From contig NZ_CP021983.2 of assembly GCF_002075285.3 (NCBI RefSeq), forward strand, positions 4,380,001 through 4,412,000: a stretch of 32,000 nucleotides of DNA, in the 5' to 3' direction. Below, piece after piece: positions 26,856-32,000 of the stretch (the first letter of the stretch is position 1; each line of letters begins with the position of its first letter). The DNA comes from Halomicronema hongdechloris C2206 (GTDB taxonomy: Bacteria; Cyanobacteriota; Cyanobacteriia; Phormidesmidales; Phormidesmidaceae). Made by a program: the position numbers and the translations under genes. The notes under the pieces were generated by a model that ran no database searches, had not been told where the DNA came from, and worked only from the letters and a program-made list of their open reading frames with translations.

Positions 26856-27050
26856 TATAGAGTAGGACCGGCAAAAAATGACTGTGTCCCGCCTAAATAT
26901 CTATGGGTCCTGGGCAAAAATGACTGTGTCCCGCCTAAAAAGCTATGGGGCCAGCGTAGATATAGAGTAGGCCCGGGCAAAAATGGTTGCGTCCCAAAGA
27001 AAACGCTATGGGTTCCGGCCAAAACTAACCGCGTCCCAGAATCAGCGTAG
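26856..27050. repeat. Nested tandem repeat: two ~100-nt units, each containing two ~42-nt sub-repeats
   Basis: TATAGAGTAGG at 26856 and 26961. The sub-repeat core GGCAAAAA(A)TGACTGTGTCCC occurs at 26870 and 26913, as GGCAAAAATGGTTGCGTCCC at 26976, and as GGCCAAAACTAACCGCGTCCC at 27017. The first three copies are followed by CTATGGG. CAGCGTAG closes each unit. Confidence 0.85.
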
Positions 27051-27102
27051 TTTGGCGCTGGCCAGAGATGGGTCAGAGACCGGTCCCGAGCAGTTGATAG
27101 CC

Positions 27103-28185
27103 CTATTCTAGCTGGCGGGTCATCGCCGTCCAGTGCTGCACAATGTCTTGCAGGGCCGGGGGCAGGCCACCTAGGCTGGCCTCGCTGTAGGCAACGGAGC
27201 CAGCCCGGCTGGTGAGGGTGACCAGGGTGGCGTCGGGATTGGCGGGGGTAGTTTGGTAGCGAATGCCTCTGAAGTGATGGAAATTGGCCTGGGCTAGGGA
27301 TTGCCAGAAAGCCTTGAGCTGTTCCTGGCTGACGCTGGCAACGGCGCGATCGATTACCTCTCCGTCCTGTTGCCGCAGATAGCGCACCCGGCCATCGGCC
27401 TCCAGCATGAAGGTCTCGATGGTCCCGGAACCCTGGCGAATCGTGCTCTGAAAGCCGGTTTCGTCTCCCAAGGCGTTGGGGTCTGGTTGCGCTAGGAAGC
27501 TAGGCCGGGCGGTACCGCCGCTGGCGGTCTCATTCAGGCGGATCTCGTTGCCGAGGTTATCGGTGTGGTAGATCCAATATTGGTTGCCGTCGCTGATGAT
27601 GGCCCGCCAGCCGAAGATGGCGATCTCTGGGCAGGCTTCATTGGCCGCGGCCAGGCCATAGCAGCCATTCCAGGTCTGGGGCTGGGCATCGATGACCTCC
27701 AGACTGGCCGAGGGCTGAGAACCCTGGGCTGCCGCCACCTGAAAGATGCGATCGCGAAGCGACAGGGGCAGATTGTGCTCCAGCTCTGATCGCCGTACCT
27801 GCTGCCCGCTAAGGTCGGTGCGATAGAAATAGCTCTGCTGCGATCGCATGTCAATCACCTCCACCTGCCAGCCTTCCACCAGGGCGGCCAGGCAGATCTC
27901 ACTGGGGCCTCCCAGCCCCAGGCAACCATCCGGCCAGGTTTCGCGGCTATGGCGACCGATGCTGAGCTGCTCGACGCTCACCCCAAGGTGGTCGGCCAGG
28001 TCGGCCTTCACCGCAGTACTGACGGCATCTGGCAAAGGGTCAGAGGGCACCTGCGGTAGGGGAGTGGCCATGGGACTCGAGGATGTCGGCGGGTGATCGA
28101 CCGGGGTGGAATTGCCGTCTGACAGAGGGGCACAGGACAGCAATAACAGGGCACTGAGCAAAGGGGGGGCAACATGATGCAACAT
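27103..28185 (-). CDS. Putative lipoprotein with an internally duplicated 2-Cys domain
   Basis: Lipobox LLLLSC (Cys18). Two ~80-aa repeats share TW-x-(D/N)GC-x-GL...C...GW...Y-x-(R/H)-TD-x-(S/L)-G. The C-terminal domain is unassigned. Confidence 0.5.
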   Translation of the reverse strand: MLHHVAPPLLSALLLLSCAPLSDGNSTPVDHPPTSSSPMATPLPQVPSDPLPDAVSTAVKADLADHLGVSVEQLSIGRHSRETWPDGCLGLGGPSEICLAALVEGWQVEVIDMRSQQSYFYRTDLSGQQVRRSELEHNLPLSLRDRIFQVAAAQGSQPSASLEVIDAQPQTWNGCYGLAAANEACPEIAIFGWRAIISDGNQYWIYHTDNLGNEIRLNETASGGTARPSFLAQPDPNALGDETGFQSTIRQGSGTIETFMLEADGRVRYLRQQDGEVIDRAVASVSQEQLKAFWQSLAQANFHHFRGIRYQTTPANPDATLVTLTSRAGSVAYSEASLGGLPPALQDIVQHWTAMTRQLE

Positions 28186-28442
28186 GGCGTAGGGTACCTA
28201 ATCTGCGAATAGGGGGCTGGCCCAACGACTCCCGAGGCTCAGGGGAGGCTTGGACCCACCGATGTCTTCTCACCCTAACCTCGACGCCCTCCCTGGTGGA
28301 GGCGGTTACCAATTTTGTTACCAAGGATACGGCGATTGAGCCACACCCATTGTCCTAGCACCGAGGTTGAACCCCAGTTATTGATTGGGGTGGAGCCAAC
28401 TGACGGGAATTGCGCCAGGGTCATGAGGGTTGGCGATAGCTC

Positions 28443-29543
28443 TTAAGCTTGCAGCCGCGCCTGCAACTCCTGGCCCACCTCGGCCTGCTCTTCCGGGGAC
28501 CCAGCCAGCAGCACACAGAGCTTGCCGGCTTGAATCGTGCCCCAATTAATCAAAATCACTCCCTTACCTGTGGCTGGTTCGAAGGCCAGATCGGTGAGGT
28601 CTACCTCTCGCAGAGCGCGCGGCGGAGTCTTGTAAGTGGCACTGCTCCAGCGGGGAATCCTTAACTTTTGGGCGACCAGGGTGGGATAGGAAGACCCATT
28701 GAAGCGAGGGTTGCACTCGATGGCCAGGTACTGAATCCCGCCGGCCTCAGGCACAACCGCCACATCGACGGCAAAGATGCCCTTCATGCCATGTTCCCCC
28801 ATCCACTCGGCAAAGGGCGCTATCTTTTCCCAGGGGTCGTAGTCAGTCGGGTAACGATTGCCCCCATGGACACAGCCATCCAGAATCTGCTCCGACGCCA
28901 ACAACGGCGTCACCCCTGCCGGCGTCACCTGATATTGCAAGTTGAGGAAGGTAGAGGTGGGAACTTCCGCTTGGATTTGCAGGGGTTCGTCGTCTACCAA
29001 GTGTTCAAAGGCCTGGTCCAGAGCCTGTTCATCAGGACACCGCCTGATGCCGAAGCCATGGTCGGAGACGGCGGGTTTGACATAGCAGGGCAGGGGCAAG
29101 GTATCACAGGCTCTGGCGGCAGCGACGTGCTCAAATCGCAGGGTTTTAGGTACTGGGATATTGAGCTCTTCCGCCAGATAAATGAAGTTGTTTTTAGAGT
29201 TAATAAAATCCACCACCTGGCACCAGCGAGGATTCCACTGCCGGAAAAACTGGCGATGGGTATCGTGACGGTTAACGGCATCGCCGAAGAAGTAAACACA
29301 GATGTCATGGTCGGGATGCTGGCTCATCTGAGTAATATCCACATCCCAAATCACGTCGTGGGTGTGAGCGAGTCCCACCTGCTCATAGTGGGCCACGATG
29401 GCATCCCAGTCTGCAGTCAGATCAGGATGCATTTGAATTTTATCCCCCGGGTTGGTAAGCCCCAAGGCTCGGCCCGAATACAGGTGAGTGCCTGCCTCCT
29501 GATCGTGAGTACTGAGGGTGATATCGTGGTTAAAAATCTTCAT
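28443..29543 (-). CDS. ATP-grasp domain protein (carboxylate-amine/thiol ligase superfamily), substrate unknown
   Basis: PCYVKPAVSDHGFGIRRC, LQIQAEV, FAVDVAVVPEAGGIQYLAIECNPRFNGSSYP (the E-x-N Mg/ATP motif region). The 299-aa plus-strand ORF 28668..29567 is its antisense shadow. Confidence 0.7.
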   Translation of the reverse strand: MKIFNHDITLSTHDQEAGTHLYSGRALGLTNPGDKIQMHPDLTADWDAIVAHYEQVGLAHTHDVIWDVDITQMSQHPDHDICVYFFGDAVNRHDTHRQFFRQWNPRWCQVVDFINSKNNFIYLAEELNIPVPKTLRFEHVAAARACDTLPLPCYVKPAVSDHGFGIRRCPDEQALDQAFEHLVDDEPLQIQAEVPTSTFLNLQYQVTPAGVTPLLASEQILDGCVHGGNRYPTDYDPWEKIAPFAEWMGEHGMKGIFAVDVAVVPEAGGIQYLAIECNPRFNGSSYPTLVAQKLRIPRWSSATYKTPPRALREVDLTDLAFEPATGKGVILINWGTIQAGKLCVLLAGSPEEQAEVGQELQARLQA

Positions 29544-29840
29544 GGAAACTCAGAGATTACTCGTTGAGCTTATCGAGGGTTACTGACCCAAACTGGTTAC
29601 AAGGAATACGCTTTTAGGAAGAATATGCTTCAGAGTAAATGGCGATTCCTCTGACCCGACGCCTCCCCACTAGGCAAAATTCCATCACTCCTACTCGCCT
29701 CAACCTCGTCTCCATTGGTCTATGGCTAACTTGGTTCCTCTCTATAATGGCTAGACATACATGGTGTGTAACCATATGACCATGCCCCTAAAATAGGGCA
29801 GCGGAAATTAATCTTTTCCTTGCAAGAGTCAGGATTTCCT

Positions 29841-29868
29841 AACAAAAAACCATCCCGGTAAGGATGGT
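29841..29868 (-). terminator. Rho-independent terminator on the minus strand
   Basis: Minus strand reads ACCATCC-ttaccg-GGATGGT followed by TTTTTTGTT (plus-strand A6 at 29844-29849). It lies 133 nt downstream of the XRE gene stop. Confidence 0.65.
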
Positions 29869-30001
29869 GGCAGTACCCGTGTTGGGCATAGCCATGGAGT
29901 CAGTCAGGAACTGGAAATAGGTGCCTGAGCCCAAGGACTTGTGCATACATGGGAACTCACGCCAGAGCGGGAACGTCAACCACGCGCTAAGGTTCTCTGG
30001 C

Positions 30002-30283
30002 CTAGGCGTCGGTAATGGAGACATGGACGTGCAGGCCAACAGAGGCCAGCAGTTGGATCAGCTGTTCCACACTGAAGCGGCTAATTTCACCATTCATCAG
30101 GTTCTGGATGCGGGGCAAAGGTTGTTTCAACCGCATAGCCGCTTGCTCTGGGGTCCATCCCTGTTGTTGGATGTAGCGCTGTAGCCCTAGCATCAGGTCA
30201 GTGCGAATTTGCAGACTGCGGGCCTCTGCGATCGCAAGTTCCGAAATTCCCTGCAGTGATTGCAGGTCTTGAACGGGTATCAT
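30002..30283 (-). CDS. XRE-family HTH protein, HigA/COG5606-like antitoxin type
   Basis: 93 aa. WTPEQAAMRLKQPLPRIQNLMNGEISRFSVEQLIQLLASVGLHVHVSI is typical of small XRE antitoxins. Confidence 0.65.
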   Translation of the reverse strand: MIPVQDLQSLQGISELAIAEARSLQIRTDLMLGLQRYIQQQGWTPEQAAMRLKQPLPRIQNLMNGEISRFSVEQLIQLLASVGLHVHVSITDA

Positions 30284-30381
30284 AGCAAGTTCTGCCTGAG
30301 CGGAATAAATGCAGCGAGTGCACCACCATCTTAGGGGATGTGATAACGTCGATAACCTGCTTCTGCATTTTCCTTAATACT

Positions 30382-31311
30382 ATGCTTGATAACTTTTCCC
30401 TCATGATTCACGGGGGCGCTGGCGCCCTAGAGCACATCAAACGGGAAGGCAGTGAAACTGATTTTATTCATAGTATTCGCCGCATTTTAGAAGCGGGACG
30501 CCAGATTTTGGCAGCAGAGGGAACCGCCTTGGATGCCGTAGAATACTGCGCCGCCGCCCTAGAAGATGATCCCCTCTACAACGCCGGGCATGGTTCGGTA
30601 CTCAACGAGTATGGCGAAGTCGAAATGGACGCCGCTATTATGCACGGGCATGGCTTACAGGCAGGAGCAGTGGCCGGAGTCACCAACATCAAAAACCCCA
30701 TTCGTCTGGCCCGGCAGGTGCTGGAGAAAAGCGAGCATGTGATGCTGGTGGGCAAAGGCGCCATGGAGTTTGCCAAGCTCTGGGGCATTCCCATGATGAC
30801 CGATGACTACTTCGTCATCACTTCCCGCATTCAGCAATGGCGAGAGGCCCAAAAGGCCGGTGGCATGATGCTGGATCACGAAGATGCCGAACCCCAGCGT
30901 AAATTCGGTACCATCGGCGCCGTCGCCTGGGACTGTCAGGGTCACCTGGCCGCCGCCACCTCCACTGGCGGCATCGTCAACAAGCGCTGGGGCCGCGTCG
31001 GCGACAGCCCCATCATTGGGGCCGGGGTATTCGCAGACAATACCACCTGCGCCGTATCAGCCACCGGCTATGGAGAACAGTTTCAGCGCACTGTGCTGAG
31101 CAAGATGATCTCCGACTTCATCTATTTCAAAGGCATGACCGCCCCAGAAGCCGCCGCTGCCGGGATTCAGTACCTAGTAGAGACGCTCAACGGCCTAGGG
31201 GGCGTCATCGTTATCGACCGCCAGGGACGCTGCGCTGCCGGTCATTCCACCTCCGGCATGATCTACGGCTATATCCAACAGGGCCGGGAAAGTATCTGCC
31301 GATTGTCATGA
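30382..31311 (+). CDS. iaaA: Isoaspartyl peptidase / L-asparaginase (Ntn hydrolase)
   Basis: IHGGAGA; DPLYNAGHGSVLN; autoprocessing site KFGTIGAVAWD (nucleophile Thr); TSTGGIVNKRWGRVGDSPIIGAG. Collinear with E. coli IaaA as I recall it. ATG at 30382 preferred over the GTG at 30340. Confidence 0.88.
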   Translation: MLDNFSLMIHGGAGALEHIKREGSETDFIHSIRRILEAGRQILAAEGTALDAVEYCAAALEDDPLYNAGHGSVLNEYGEVEMDAAIMHGHGLQAGAVAGVTNIKNPIRLARQVLEKSEHVMLVGKGAMEFAKLWGIPMMTDDYFVITSRIQQWREAQKAGGMMLDHEDAEPQRKFGTIGAVAWDCQGHLAAATSTGGIVNKRWGRVGDSPIIGAGVFADNTTCAVSATGYGEQFQRTVLSKMISDFIYFKGMTAPEAAAAGIQYLVETLNGLGGVIVIDRQGRCAAGHSTSGMIYGYIQQGRESICRLS

Positions 31312-31338
31312 ACGCCCCTGGGCTACCTAACCGATGAC

Positions 31339-31358
31339 AGCCGCTACAGGAAGCGGCT
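31339..31358. terminator. Hairpin downstream of iaaA (possible terminator)
   Basis: AGCCGCT-acagga-AGCGGCT, a perfect 7-bp stem 28 nt after the iaaA stop. No clear U-tract. Confidence 0.35.
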
Positions 31359-31554
31359 AGCCATGTTCATCATGTCGCCCATATTCACATCACTATCGCC
31401 ATCGGCATCCAAAAAGGCATTGAGAACAGGGTTATCCCCTTGATTCCCCTGGAACGAATCGCACACGTTGCCTATCACCCGCCGCAGATAACCTCGAATA
31501 CCCAACCGTCACCTTTTAATGGTCGGATGCATGGGTGTTGTTATACGGCGTTGG

Positions 31555-31797
31555 CTATGCTGATTCTAGATGAGTAACCGGAATTTGTTCGGTTCTCTCA
31601 GGAGCTTTCGCTCCAGTTGCAACTGCATGAACTGCATGAAGAATATTGGCTGAGTAGTACCGATTGCCACAAGTATCACAAACACCGATCGTTACATCTT
31701 CGAGGATGACAAATCCATCTCTATGTTTGAATGCCTCACGTTTGACAGTTCGGGGTTGAACAGTTCCTTCGCAATACTCACATTTGTATCCGTACAT
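31555..31797 (-). CDS. YgiT-type zinc-finger protein (MqsA N-domain-like putative antitoxin, no HTH domain)
   Basis: Two CxxC pairs, CEYCEG...CDTCGN, with the ...FVILEDVTIGVCDTCG... pattern. 80 aa. Starts 3 nt after the upstream gene's stop. Confidence 0.7.
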   Translation of the reverse strand: MYGYKCEYCEGTVQPRTVKREAFKHRDGFVILEDVTIGVCDTCGNRYYSANILHAVHAVATGAKAPERTEQIPVTHLESA

Positions 31798-31800
31798 ACG

Positions 31801-32000
31801 TTAGCCCTCAAGTTCAGTGACTTCATAAACCGTGATGATTAAATAGCGTCCGGTACTAGCGAAACGTCCAACCATGCCAACAGGTGTTCGTTGATCTAGC
31901 GCATTTCCCACTACTACATATTTTGTGCCTCTGGGGTCATCCTTTTCAACCTGGATAACTCGACCGTTCAAAACGGCCTCTTCCACATCTAAAATAGTCA
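31801..32000 (-). CDS. DUF4258-like putative toxin, 5'-truncated by the window end
   Basis: The frame is open to nt 32000 (..TILDVEEAVLNGRVIQVEKDDPRGTKYVVVG...YLIITVYEV). The pattern matches DUF4258 as recalled. It is immediately followed by the zinc-finger gene. Confidence 0.55.
   Translation of the reverse strand, partial: TILDVEEAVLNGRVIQVEKDDPRGTKYVVVGNALDQRTPVGMVGRFASTGRYLIITVYEVTELEG

Noticed and set aside
26870-27037. Possible CRISPR array, given regularly spaced ~20-28-nt repeats.
   Set aside because: The intervening unique segments are only about 15-22 nt and are themselves repeated (CTATGGG box, TATAGAGTAGG). The repeats are degenerate, and there is no cas gene or leader. It behaves as a nested tandem repeat, not repeat-spacer units.
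28371-28394. Hairpin ACCCCA-gttattgat-TGGGGT downstream of the ATP-grasp gene, considered as a terminator.
   Set aside because: The stem is only 6 bp with a 9-nt loop, and no U-tract follows on the minus strand. It is not distinguishable from chance structure.
28668-29567. 299-aa plus-strand ORF. Similar long ORFs include 7810..8442 (+), 8545..8847 (+), 2571..3116 (+), 31..384 (-) and 14567..14908 (-).
   Set aside because: All lie antisense to, or out of frame within, genes with strong family signatures (ATP-grasp, RND, sqs and others). Their Arg/Gly/Pro/Ala-rich, low-complexity translations are typical of shadow ORFs in GC-rich DNA.
29544-29800. Possible RiPP (graspetide/microviridin-type) precursor ORF upstream of the ATP-grasp gene.
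   Set aside because: The only candidates are a basic ~53-aa ORF (MVTHHVCLAIIERNQ...RRRVRGIAIYSEAYSS) and shorter ones. None has a Thr/Ser plus Asp/Glu-rich core or a recognisable leader, and there is no convincing RBS.

Overview
GC-rich chromosomal segment, almost certainly cyanobacterial: it has 14 exact copies of the HIP1 palindrome GCGATCGC, plus ycf34, a Uma2/DUF820 gene, a WD40 Ser/Thr kinase, and CHAT and TPR genes. I support about 30 protein genes and saw no rRNA, tRNA, CRISPR array or transposase. Left arm (1-5.9 kb): a window-truncated membrane SH3b-like ORF, a CHAT-FHA caspase-like protein, a conserved hypothetical, a TPR protein and hemC. Centre (5.96-18.7 kb): a hopanoid (bacteriohopanepolyol) supercluster. 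In order it contains hpnH, an AcrB-type RND permease lacking both docking subdomains, an hpnG-like phosphorylase, an hpnL-like UPF0104 membrane protein, an hpnA-like epimerase, a frameshifted PAPS-type sulfotransferase, a 0.9-kb repeat- and hairpin-rich noncoding gap, a compact squalene-synthase-type gene, shc and hpnB. Right arm: an aldo/keto reductase; a tight minus-strand operon (CCA/polyA polymerase family, YaaW-like, DnaJ-domain, DUF3143); ycf34; a zinc-ribbon/kinase/WD40 protein; Uma2; a nested tandem repeat; a lipoprotein with a duplicated 2-Cys domain; a stand-alone ATP-grasp enzyme; an orphan XRE antitoxin-like gene with a clean terminator; isoaspartyl peptidase; and a DUF4258/YgiT-zinc-finger toxin-antitoxin pair cut by the window end. 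The most interesting signals are the non-canonical accessory genes in the hopanoid cluster (docking-less RND, sulfotransferase), the structured noncoding gap upstream of the squalene-synthase-like gene, an RBS region complementary to the conserved Yfr1 sRNA motif, and five homopolymer-associated frame disruptions within 10.6-13.8 kb. All family assignments come from motif recognition by eye; no database search was run.
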